A stretch of 64,000 bases of DNA from Gemmatimonadales bacterium (GTDB taxonomy: Bacteria > Gemmatimonadota > Gemmatimonadetes > Gemmatimonadales > GWC2-71-9): the NCBI GenBank assembly GCA_035553475.1, contig DATNDQ010000062.1, positions 360-64,359 of the forward strand. The letters run 5' to 3'. The notes under the pieces are model-generated. The model ran no database searches and had not been told where the DNA came from. It saw only the letters and a list, made by a program, of their open reading frames with translations. Positions 52,920 to 61,025 of this stretch are shown in pieces. Made by a program: the position numbers and the translations under genes. Numbering within the stretch: position 1 is the first letter of the stretch; each line of letters opens with the position of its first letter.

Positions 52920-53461
52920 GCGGGGGTCTCACCCCGGAGCCAGCGCTCCACGGCGTCGACCATCTTCGGCATCGCTGCTTCGATCAGGTCCCGTTGCTCC
53001 GGGTCCGCCGGCGCGAGGACGTAGTCGGCCCAGTCACCCACGCCTTCGGGCAGGGGACCGACACCGATGCGGAGGCGCGCATAGCCTGGGGATTGGAGGG
53101 CGCCTTCGATGCTCTTCAAGCCGTTGTGGCCACCGGCCGACCCGTCGAGCCGCAGGCGAAACGTGCCGGCGGCGATGCGGAATTCATCGACGAGCACGAG
53201 CAGGTCGCTGGCGGGATTGAACGTCGGATCCGCGCGGAGCGAAACGAGTGCCGCCCCCGACCGGTTCATGTACGTCTGCGGCTTGAGGATGCGTACCGGC
53301 ACGCCTTCCACTTCACCTTCGGAAACGCGAGCGCGCTCACCACGCCGGAAGGGGCCGAACCCCCACCGCGCAGTGAGCGCGTCCGCCAGCCAGAACCCTG
53401 CGTTGTGGCGCGTCGCCTGATACTCTTCGCCCGGATTCCCCAGGCCGACGACGGCGCGCAG
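52916..53461 (-). CDS. pth: Peptidyl-tRNA hydrolase (CTG start)
   Basis: The ORF track begins at GTG 53311. My translation upstream in the same open frame gives (L)RAVVGLGNPGEEYQATRHNAGFWLADALTARWGFGPFRRGERARVSEGEV, which is the conserved Pth N-terminus including the catalytic His. The only possible initiator after the rplY stop is CTG at 53461. Confidence 0.85.
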   Translation of the reverse strand: MRAVVGLGNPGEEYQATRHNAGFWLADALTARWGFGPFRRGERARVSEGEVEGVPVRILKPQTYMNRSGAALVSLRADPTFNPASDLLVLVDEFRIAAGTFRLRLDGSAGGHNGLKSIEGALQSPGYARLRIGVGPLPEGVGDWADYVLAPADPEQRDLIEAAMPKMVDAVERWLRGETPA

Positions 53462-53464
53462 AGC

Positions 53465-54187
53465 TTATCCCTTGGGCTTGGCTTCGCCCTTGGGCTTGGC
53501 CTCGCCCTTGGCCTCGGCCGCAGGCTTGCCCTCTTCGCCTTCCTCTTCGTCGTCCTCGCGCTCCTTGCGGATGAGCTCGGGCTCGGCGACGTCGGTCGCA
53601 CCTTCCGCCGCGGGCGCCACGACTTCCTCGGCACGGGGCGGCACGACCACCGCGATGGTGAGATCGGCGAGGGTCAGGATCGTCGCGTTCGGGATGACCA
53701 GATCCCGCACATGGAGCGAGTGTCCGATGATCAGGGCCGACACGTCGAGCTCCACGCGATCCGGGATGTGCTCGGGGAGCACTTCGATCTCCACTTCGCG
53801 CGTCACCTGGTCCAGCACGCCGCCGGCGTTGCGCACGCCGTCCGGGGTGCCGACGAGGTGCACCGGCACCTTCAGCTTGACCTTCTCATCCGCGTGGATC
53901 TCGTAGAAGTCCACGTGGATGATGTCGGGGCGGATGGGGTGCCGCTGAATCTCGCGGATGAGCGCCTTCGCCTTCTTGCCGTCGATGGTGAGCTCGATCA
54001 GCGTGCTCTCCGGCTCGATGCCGGTGAGCGCCTTTTCGAGCGCCGGGCCGTCGACGGTGAGGTTCTGGGCGGCCCGGCCATGCCCGTACACCACGGCCGG
54101 CACCTTCTTGGCGAAGCGACTCTGACGGGCCGCGCCTTTCCCGGTCTGGTCCCGGTTCTGCGCGGTGAGACTGACGATCTGTGCCAT
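53465..54187 (-). CDS. rplY: 50S ribosomal protein L25/general stress protein Ctc
   Basis: 240 aa with full-length Ctc-type two-domain architecture and a repetitive Lys/Glu/Ala tail (GEAKPKGEAKPKG). Confidence 0.9.
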   Translation of the reverse strand: MAQIVSLTAQNRDQTGKGAARQSRFAKKVPAVVYGHGRAAQNLTVDGPALEKALTGIEPESTLIELTIDGKKAKALIREIQRHPIRPDIIHVDFYEIHADEKVKLKVPVHLVGTPDGVRNAGGVLDQVTREVEIEVLPEHIPDRVELDVSALIIGHSLHVRDLVIPNATILTLADLTIAVVVPPRAEEVVAPAAEGATDVAEPELIRKEREDDEEEGEEGKPAAEAKGEAKPKGEAKPKG

Positions 54188-54199
54188 ACCACTCCTGCC

Positions 54200-55153
54200 T
54201 TAGTCGAAAAGAGAACTGACCGACTGATTCGAATGTTCGTAGCTGATCGCCTTGGCCAGGATGGCCCCGACGGACAGCACCTTGAGCTTCTCGAACTGCC
54301 GCTCCGGCGTCAGCCGGATGGTGTTCGTCACCGCCACTTCCTCGATCGGCGCGGCGCGGAGCCGCTCCACCGCCGGACCGGAGAGCAGGGCGTGGGTCGC
54401 GAATGCGAACACGCGCTTGGCTCCGAGCCGCTTCAACGCCGACGCGGCTTCCGTAATCGTGCCGGCGGTATCGATCATGTCGTCGGGGATGAGACAGTCC
54501 TTGCCGTCCACGTCACCGACCACATTCACCACTTCCGCCACGTTCGCCGAGGGCCGCCGCTTGTCGATGATCGCGAGTGACGCGTTGAGCCGCTTCGCGA
54601 ACCCCCGCGCCATCTTCGCCGAACCGACATCGGGCGCCACGACCACCGGGTCGCGCAGGTCCTTGGTGCGGAAGTGCGCGACGAACACCGGCGCCGAGTA
54701 CAAGTGGTCCACCGGGAGGTCGAAGAAGCCCTGCACCTGGTGGGAATGGAAATCCATGCCCAACACCCGGTCCGCGCCCGCGTGGCTGATCAGGTTCGCC
54801 ATCAGCTTGGCGCTGATCGCCACCCGCGGCTGATCTTTCCGGTCCTGCCGCGCATACCCGAAGTAGGGCAGGACCGCCGTCACCCGGGCCGCACTGGCCC
54901 GCCGAGCCGCGTCGATCAGGAGCAGCAGCTCGATGTAATTCTCGGCCGGCGGATTGGTCGGCTGGATGATGAAGACATCCCGCCCGCGGACGTTCTCGTC
55001 GATCTTGACGAAGATTTCACCGTCCGCGAACCGCCGGATGGTGACCGCGCACAACGGCTGTCCCAAATGCTGAGCCATCTCCTCGGCGAGCGGCCGGTTG
55101 GCCGTACCCGCGAGCAGAAGCAGCTGGCTTCGGGAGAAGGTCAAATCCGCCAT
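54200..55153 (-). CDS. prs: Ribose-phosphate pyrophosphokinase
   Basis: 317 aa with DFHSHQVQGFF and the PRPP-binding loop DDMIDTAGT. Confidence 0.95.
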   Translation of the reverse strand: MADLTFSRSQLLLLAGTANRPLAEEMAQHLGQPLCAVTIRRFADGEIFVKIDENVRGRDVFIIQPTNPPAENYIELLLLIDAARRASAARVTAVLPYFGYARQDRKDQPRVAISAKLMANLISHAGADRVLGMDFHSHQVQGFFDLPVDHLYSAPVFVAHFRTKDLRDPVVVAPDVGSAKMARGFAKRLNASLAIIDKRRPSANVAEVVNVVGDVDGKDCLIPDDMIDTAGTITEAASALKRLGAKRVFAFATHALLSGPAVERLRAAPIEEVAVTNTIRLTPERQFEKLKVLSVGAILAKAISYEHSNQSVSSLFD

Positions 55154-55282
55154 TTTCTGAGCCGGGCAAGATAGCCGCCAAGCATCGCAAAGCCAAGGGG
55201 TTAAAACCCCTCAACCAAGCGGGGCCCTGCGGCGTACAGACCTGTGGCCCCAATTCCGGTGCCTCTAGGGAGGAACAACCGA

Positions 55283-55735
55283 ATGCGGAAGATGCTCGTA
55301 GCCGTCGCCCTCTTGGGGGGCGCTGTCGCGCCGCTCACGGCGCAGGGTGGTGGGGGAATGGGTGGTGGCCGCGGGTTCGCGCCGCCCCCCAATCATTGGA
55401 TGACGATGGACTCCGTGGGGTCGGCCCTCGGCCTGACTGCCGCCGAGATGACGGCGATTCAGCCCCAGTATGACTCGATCAACGGGATCCTGAAACGGTC
55501 CGCCGCGATGCGGGACTCCATCCGCGCCAGCATGCAGGGCGGAGGGGATCCGCGGGCGGCCATGGCGGCTGCACGCCCGATGATGCAGTCACTGCAGGAC
55601 CAGGAAGACGCGCTGATCAAGGAAATTCACGGCAAGATCTCGGCGGCAGCCGCCGCCAAGCTCGACGCCGCGCCTCCTCCGCGGGTGATGCGGCAGCGGC
55701 CGGCCGGTGGGATGGGTGGCGGTCCGGGGCGGTAA
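55283..55735 (+). CDS. Secreted Gly/Met-rich protein, possibly Spy/CpxP-like (LTxxQ-type)
   Basis: Trimmed to ATG 55283 (GGGAGG SD; MRKMLVAVALLGGAVAPLTAQ signal). LGLTAAEMTAIQP motif. GGGGMGGG at both ends. The family assignment is tentative. Confidence 0.6.
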   Translation: MRKMLVAVALLGGAVAPLTAQGGGGMGGGRGFAPPPNHWMTMDSVGSALGLTAAEMTAIQPQYDSINGILKRSAAMRDSIRASMQGGGDPRAAMAAARPMMQSLQDQEDALIKEIHGKISAAAAAKLDAAPPPRVMRQRPAGGMGGGPGR

Positions 55736-55755
55736 CCGCCCGGCTTCGTCCTTCA

Positions 55756-55829
55756 CAGACCCAAGGTCTGCGCTCGGCAGGGCACTGCGCGTAAGCGCGG
55801 CGCTTTGCCGAGCGCACTCCTTTGGAGTG
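55756..55829. repeat. Structured intergenic repeat, copy C (same orientation as copy B)
   Basis: H3 cagacc-caa-ggtctg (55756-55770). Arms CGCTCGGC (55771-55778) and GCCGAGCG (55807-55814) enclose ctgcgc-gtaa-gcgcgg. H1 cactcc-ttt-ggagtg (55815-55829). Confidence 0.8.
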
Positions 55830-55846
55830 TGAAAAACGAGAGCGGG

Positions 55847-58174
55847 CTATAGACGAAACAGGTACGAGAACTTGGTAAAGAAGCCGTCTGTCGTGCGCCG
55901 CAATCCACGGAACGCAAACGTCCCCTGATCATCGAGACTCGAGCCGTAGCCCGCATAGACCACGGTGCCGGGGGACGGCGTGAACGCCACCAGCCAGTCC
56001 ATCCGGAATCCGTTGTCCGTGAATTGCAGCGCCCGCTCGTAGACGCCCGTCGCCGGATTCTTGATCAGAATCGGGTCGTTGGTCCGCGAATCGTCGCGGA
56101 GGGAATCCTGGAACGTCGAGACGTACTGTCCGACGAGGCGCACGAACAGCGGGCGCGAGACCTGATACTCCACCTTGAGTCTCGGAATCAGCTGGCGCGC
56201 GACCAGCGAGCCGTCCGAACGCCGCCAGTATTCCTGATGGAGGTAGGTTCCGCCCACCCGGATCCGGTCATTGGGCCGCCAGTTCACACCGGCCTGGATC
56301 AGGAGGATCTGAGCGGGGGACCACTCGTAGAAATTCTCGTCCTGAATCGCGGGGAGGAACAGCAGGTTCGCATCGAAGTGCCGGTATTGCGGCGTCGCGA
56401 ACTGCAGCAGGATGTCGAGGTTCCTGATCGACGGAACGCCGACGAAGGGCACGGTGTCGGTGACCGCACCCACGGTCCGTTGCAGCGCGTAGTTGGCGTA
56501 GAGTGACGGGTCATAGCCGAAGCGTTCGAAGAACAACCCGGTGGTGACGGTCCAGCCGCGGATGACCGTGTTGGTGTTGAAGTGAATCTCGCGATCGTCC
56601 GGTGCGTCCCCCGCCTGGAAGTGCGGATAGAGCCAACGTCCGAAGAGGAGAATGTCTCCACTCCAGCTCTCCAAGGCTTGCCCCGGCGCGCCGTAAAACG
56701 TGATCTGGTGATCGGCCTGGCCGACGGCGATGCCGTTCCGCGAGATGAAGCCTGACTGGTCGAAGAACTGGGGATGAATCCCCGCGAGGGAGTACGAGAA
56801 CGCGAATTGACGTCCGGAGCGGACCAGGGACGCCGACCACAAAGGCCCCTGGACGGTTGAACCGGCGGTGCGAGTGAAGCTCTCTGCGCCCTGCAGCCCC
56901 AGGGTGTAGATGCCGCCGAACGTGATGCGCGCGTCGGCACCCATCACCCGATTCCAGTCACTGCCATCCTGCTTGTCCGTATAGACGATGCCCGCCGTGG
57001 ACTGCCCGCCCAGGTCGGCGCGCGCGCGGAGGATATTATAGAAAGGATTGTCCATTCCGGTGGCGGAGAACGCCTGCGCATCCATGCCCGAGAGCACGCC
57101 GATGCCGACGTTGCCGACTTTCCCCGTGACTTTCACCGCGCCCACCGGCTGCACCAGCGCCCGCGTATAGACGAGGTTGTTGGGCGTCGCGAACTGCTCG
57201 AGCCCCTCGAGAAAGAACGGCCGTTTTTCCGGGAAGTAGAGAGCCTGCCGAGGATCGAACACCAATTGGCTTGCGTCCGCTTCCACCTGCGAAAAGTCCG
57301 GATTCACGGTGCCCGTCAACGTCAGGTTGTTCGTGATTCCCCAGCGCACGTTCCCGCCGACGTCCGGATGAAGATGATGGTACGACCAGCCCGGTCCTGA
57401 GGGCGCGCCGTCCACCTTGCCGGTGAGCTCCGGATTGAGATCGAGCACGAGGTCGCGATGGAGGTCGGTGAGGCCCTCGAGCGTCCCGGACTGCCCGAGG
57501 AACGAGGCCGCCCGCCGCCGCGCGGCGGTCCACGTCTGGACGTGACCGGAATGCTGCACGGTGCGGATGATCTGGAGGCCCCAGGTCTGGGTCGCGGTCG
57601 GCTGATACCGGATGCTCTTGAAGGGGATCCGGACTTCCACCTCATAGCCATAGTCCGTCACCCGGCCCTTGGACTGATAGACGAAGTCCGTCGACAGATC
57701 GACCGTGTCACTCGTGCCGGCGTGGGTCTCGTTGAGCGTGCCGTCCGCCTGAACGCCGAGGGGATTCACCCCCAGGGCAATCGCCTGGCGGTGATCGTTG
57801 AACGTGTCGAGCAGGATCTCGACCATGTCGTCGGTCGAGATGTGGTCCCGAGTGGCCAAGGTCGCGTGCACGGGGCCATGGGATTCAAAGGCCCGGATGC
57901 CGAAGTACATGGCGGTCGCGGAGTACCACACCAGCACCTGCGTCGAGTCGTCCGCCGGGCGGCCGTCCACGGGCGTGTACTCCGAGAAGCCCGTGAGGAT
58001 GGCTGCCTTCTGCCAGGGCGGGTCATCCAGCGAGCCATCAATGTTGGCGGAGGCGTCGATGCGCGGCGTCGCCACGGCGACGTTGCCTGCCGTGCCGGAG
58101 TAAGGGCCGGCGGCGGGCGGTGTGGGACGGAGGGGTGGATGGCTTGCAGCCAGGAGCCAGAGCAGGGGAAGCAT
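55847..58174 (-). CDS. DUF5916 / carbohydrate-binding family 9-like outer-membrane protein
   Basis: 775 aa with signal MLPLLWLLAAS. N-terminal CBM9-like region IDGSLDDPPWQKAAILTGFSEYTPVDG. Large beta-rich C-terminus ending FSYLFRL. Confidence 0.8.
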   Translation of the reverse strand: MLPLLWLLAASHPPLRPTPPAAGPYSGTAGNVAVATPRIDASANIDGSLDDPPWQKAAILTGFSEYTPVDGRPADDSTQVLVWYSATAMYFGIRAFESHGPVHATLATRDHISTDDMVEILLDTFNDHRQAIALGVNPLGVQADGTLNETHAGTSDTVDLSTDFVYQSKGRVTDYGYEVEVRIPFKSIRYQPTATQTWGLQIIRTVQHSGHVQTWTAARRRAASFLGQSGTLEGLTDLHRDLVLDLNPELTGKVDGAPSGPGWSYHHLHPDVGGNVRWGITNNLTLTGTVNPDFSQVEADASQLVFDPRQALYFPEKRPFFLEGLEQFATPNNLVYTRALVQPVGAVKVTGKVGNVGIGVLSGMDAQAFSATGMDNPFYNILRARADLGGQSTAGIVYTDKQDGSDWNRVMGADARITFGGIYTLGLQGAESFTRTAGSTVQGPLWSASLVRSGRQFAFSYSLAGIHPQFFDQSGFISRNGIAVGQADHQITFYGAPGQALESWSGDILLFGRWLYPHFQAGDAPDDREIHFNTNTVIRGWTVTTGLFFERFGYDPSLYANYALQRTVGAVTDTVPFVGVPSIRNLDILLQFATPQYRHFDANLLFLPAIQDENFYEWSPAQILLIQAGVNWRPNDRIRVGGTYLHQEYWRRSDGSLVARQLIPRLKVEYQVSRPLFVRLVGQYVSTFQDSLRDDSRTNDPILIKNPATGVYERALQFTDNGFRMDWLVAFTPSPGTVVYAGYGSSLDDQGTFAFRGLRRTTDGFFTKFSYLFRL

Positions 58175-58302
58175 CGCGAGACGACTCCTATGGGCCGGGA
58201 AGACGCCGCCTACGCAACTCCACAGCCACAGGTTTCGCGGTTCAACGCGCGGACCGTGCCATTCGGCGCTACGATATAGAATACGCCTTTTTGGAGCCTG
58301 TC

Positions 58303-59430
58303 ATGCGGTCATTCGTCGTCTTCGCCGGCGGCCTCGTTCTTCTCCTGGGAGCCCCCCGGCGGGTCCTTTCGGGGCAGGCGTCCAGGCCCTTCACGCTTGG
58401 CGCCGATATCTCGTACCTCGATGCCCCGGCCGTCCGGGGGCGCGCGCACCGGACCTATCAGGAAAATGGGAAAGCCGATGATGAGCTTTCCATCCTGATG
58501 CGCCATGGGTGGACCTCGTTCCGCCTTCGGGTCTTCGTGTCGCCAGTCCGGGAGGCGCCCGACAACAGCCTGACCAACACCATCCCGCTTGCCCGCCGGA
58601 TCAAGGCGGCGGGGGGCACGTTCCTGCTGGACATCCACTATTCCGACACGTGGGCCGATCCCCAACACCAGGAAATCCCGGTCGCCTGGCGCGACCTCTC
58701 GTTTGATTCCCTGGAGGCGCGCGTCGAGTCCTACAGCCGGGATGTGATCAGGACTTTGAAGGACTCGGGCGCCATGCCCGACTGGGTCCAGGTAGGAAAC
58801 GAGATCACGCGGGGCACCCTCTGGCCGCTGGGGCAGGTCCACGTGCCTGGCGCTGCTCAATACAACCCGCCCTCTGGCTCCGACAGCACCGCCCAGTGGG
58901 ATCACCTCATCAGGATTCTGAAAGCTGGGATCCGCGGTGTGCGGGCCGGGGCGGGAAACACGCCGCCCCGGATCGCCATCCATATCGACCGGGGCGGGGA
59001 CTGGGCGACGACCGAATGGTTCTTCGACCACCTCGAGGCGGCTCACGTCGACTATGACATCATCGCCCAGAGCTTCTACCCGCCCTGGCGGCATGGCACT
59101 CTCGAAGACCTCTGGAAGAACATGACGGAGTGCGCCCGGCGCTATCACAAGGATTTTCTCGTCGCGGAGACCGGCTACGAGCCGACGCATTCGCCGGACA
59201 ATCCCGACATGCTGTGGCCCGTGACCCCCGAAGGACGGCTCCAATTCATGGCCGATCTGGTCAACACCGTGAAGAAGGCGGGCGGCATCGGGGTGATGTA
59301 CTGGGCCCCCGAATGGGACCTCTGGAATGCGGATGGCACGCCCGGCCCTGCCGTTTTCACACTCGACCACCTGAAAGATCTCTCGGCACGCCCGGCGAGC
59401 CACGCTCCCCCGGAGGTCTCTGGTCCCTGA
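58303..59430 (+). CDS. GH53 arabinogalactan endo-beta-1,4-galactanase
   Basis: Trimmed to ATG 58303 (MRSFVVFAGGLVLLLGAP signal). GADISYLD, VQVGNEI (acid/base Glu) and FLVAETGY (nucleophile Glu). Confidence 0.88.
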   Translation: MRSFVVFAGGLVLLLGAPRRVLSGQASRPFTLGADISYLDAPAVRGRAHRTYQENGKADDELSILMRHGWTSFRLRVFVSPVREAPDNSLTNTIPLARRIKAAGGTFLLDIHYSDTWADPQHQEIPVAWRDLSFDSLEARVESYSRDVIRTLKDSGAMPDWVQVGNEITRGTLWPLGQVHVPGAAQYNPPSGSDSTAQWDHLIRILKAGIRGVRAGAGNTPPRIAIHIDRGGDWATTEWFFDHLEAAHVDYDIIAQSFYPPWRHGTLEDLWKNMTECARRYHKDFLVAETGYEPTHSPDNPDMLWPVTPEGRLQFMADLVNTVKKAGGIGVMYWAPEWDLWNADGTPGPAVFTLDHLKDLSARPASHAPPEVSGP

Positions 59431-59446
59431 CCCCTGCCTCCTGCCG

Positions 59447-60838
59447 TTACTGCACGTACCGGAGGATGTCGTAGAAGAAGTGGGGCCCGAACCGGAGGTT
59501 CTCGAGGCTCACACGCTCGTCGTTCCCGTGAACTCCCCGCTGGTCGTCCTCCAATTCGACCTTGAAGGGATCGAGCCCGTACGTGACGATGCCGAGGGCG
59601 CGGTACGTCGGCCGATCGGTGGCGCCCGTCAGCATCACCGTGGTGATCAGGGCCTTCGGGTCCCGCTCATGGGCGGCCCGCTCGACGGCCCGGAACAGGT
59701 CAGTCTCGATGGGACTCTCGAGGGGTGGCTTGGGGGGGAGAATCGTGGCCCAGTGAACGGCCGTGTCATTCACCACCTTCAACAGCTCGGCGCGAAATGC
59801 GGCGGTGTCCTGGTCGGGGAGGAGCCGGATGTCGAGGTCGGCGGTGGCTTCCGCGGGAATGACGTTGGTCTTGCTCGATCCGGAGAGGCCCGTCTCCGAG
59901 ATGGTGTTCCGAAGGATCGCGTTCCATTCGACGTTGTTGAGGATCCATTCGCGGGCGGCCGGCACCTTCAACGCGGCGTCCACGTCACGCAGCCAGGTGG
60001 CCTGATCGCCGGTGAACTGGCTGGAGAGGTCGTGCAGGTACTTGCGCACTCCCGGCGTCACCCGAATCGGCGTTTCGTAATGCGCGATGCGGTCGAGCGC
60101 CGCCACCAGACGCGGGACCGGGTTGTTCTTCGTTGGACGGGACCCGTGGGACGGAATGCCATGCACCGTCATCCGCTGCCAGAACGTGCGCTTCTCACTC
60201 ACGCTGACGCCGTAATAGAGGAGGCGGCCATGGTCGAGGGGGTTCGAGCCGCCCTCCGTGATGAGGAATTCCACGTCCTTGAGGAGGTCCGCGTGCCGGG
60301 CGACGAAGGTCGCGGCGCCCGTGCCGCCCAGCTCCTCGTCGGCGTTCCCGATGAACACGATGTCGCGGTTGAGGGTCACTCCTGACCGCTTGATGGCGAG
60401 CATGGCCATCAGCTCGGCAATCCCTTCCCCCTTCATATCCAGGGCGCCACGGCCGTACAGGAACCCGTCCTTCACCACGCCCCCGAAGGGGTCGACCGAC
60501 CAGAAGGCCGGCGTCACCGGCACGACGTCCATGTGACTCACGAGGGCGATGGCCTTCTTCGAGCCGTTGCCCCTCAGGCGGGCGTAGAGGTTCGCGCGGC
60601 CCGCGCCGAGTTCGACGGTGTCGAGGATCTGGGATTCGATGCCGTTTTCCCGGAGCATGTCCTGGAGGAAGCGGGCGGTCTGAATTTCGTTCCCCGGGGG
60701 ATTCGTGGTGTTGAGGCGCAGATAGGACGCCAGCACACGTTGCGTCTCGGCGCCCAGGGAATCCCAGTTGACGGGCGTCTGTGCGGTGAGGGGGGTGACG
60801 GCGGCGAACAGGAAGAGGCTGACGGCGATGCGCTTCAT
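59447..60838 (-). CDS. M20/M28-family metallopeptidase, secreted
   Basis: Trimmed to ATG 60838 (MKRIAVSLFLFAAVTPLTAQ). Motifs LVSHMDVVPV, GRGALDMKG, GNADEELGG. Confidence 0.88.
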   Translation of the reverse strand: MKRIAVSLFLFAAVTPLTAQTPVNWDSLGAETQRVLASYLRLNTTNPPGNEIQTARFLQDMLRENGIESQILDTVELGAGRANLYARLRGNGSKKAIALVSHMDVVPVTPAFWSVDPFGGVVKDGFLYGRGALDMKGEGIAELMAMLAIKRSGVTLNRDIVFIGNADEELGGTGAATFVARHADLLKDVEFLITEGGSNPLDHGRLLYYGVSVSEKRTFWQRMTVHGIPSHGSRPTKNNPVPRLVAALDRIAHYETPIRVTPGVRKYLHDLSSQFTGDQATWLRDVDAALKVPAAREWILNNVEWNAILRNTISETGLSGSSKTNVIPAEATADLDIRLLPDQDTAAFRAELLKVVNDTAVHWATILPPKPPLESPIETDLFRAVERAAHERDPKALITTVMLTGATDRPTYRALGIVTYGLDPFKVELEDDQRGVHGNDERVSLENLRFGPHFFYDILRYVQ

Positions 60839-60897
60839 GAGGAGCCCGGGTTCGAGAGTGGGGATAGGCTCCCGTCTCGCGGCCCGCGTGTCAAGTT

Positions 60898-60973
60898 CAC
60901 ACTCTCGAAGAGTGTGCTCGGCGATGCACTGCGCTTGCAGCGCAGCGCGCTGCCAAGCGCGGGCCTCTGGCCT
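60898..60973. repeat. Structured intergenic repeat, copy D (same orientation as copy A)
   Basis: H1 cacactc-tcgaa-gagtgtg (60898-60916); GCTCGGC (60916-60922); central ctgcgct-tgc-agcgcag (60929-60945); GCCAAGC (60952-60958, 1 mismatch); H3 gggcc-tct-ggcct (60961-60973). Confidence 0.75.
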
Positions 60974-61025
60974 GAGAAGGATGGGGCCGGTACAATAGCC
61001 CCTTACCCATCGTCCATCGGGAAAC

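Noticed and set aside
52994-54580. 528-aa plus-strand ORF across pth/rplY/prs
   Set aside because: It lies antisense to three conserved housekeeping genes and has shadow-ORF composition.
2508-60973. Whether the four structured repeats could be a CRISPR array, or tRNA-like or terminator elements
   Set aside because: They are not CRISPR: the copies are tens of kb apart, not regularly spaced, and no cas genes are present. They are not tRNAs: there is no acceptor/anticodon/T-arm geometry or CCA context. They are not simple terminators: there is no U-tract, they occur in both orientations, and one copy sits in a divergent promoter region.
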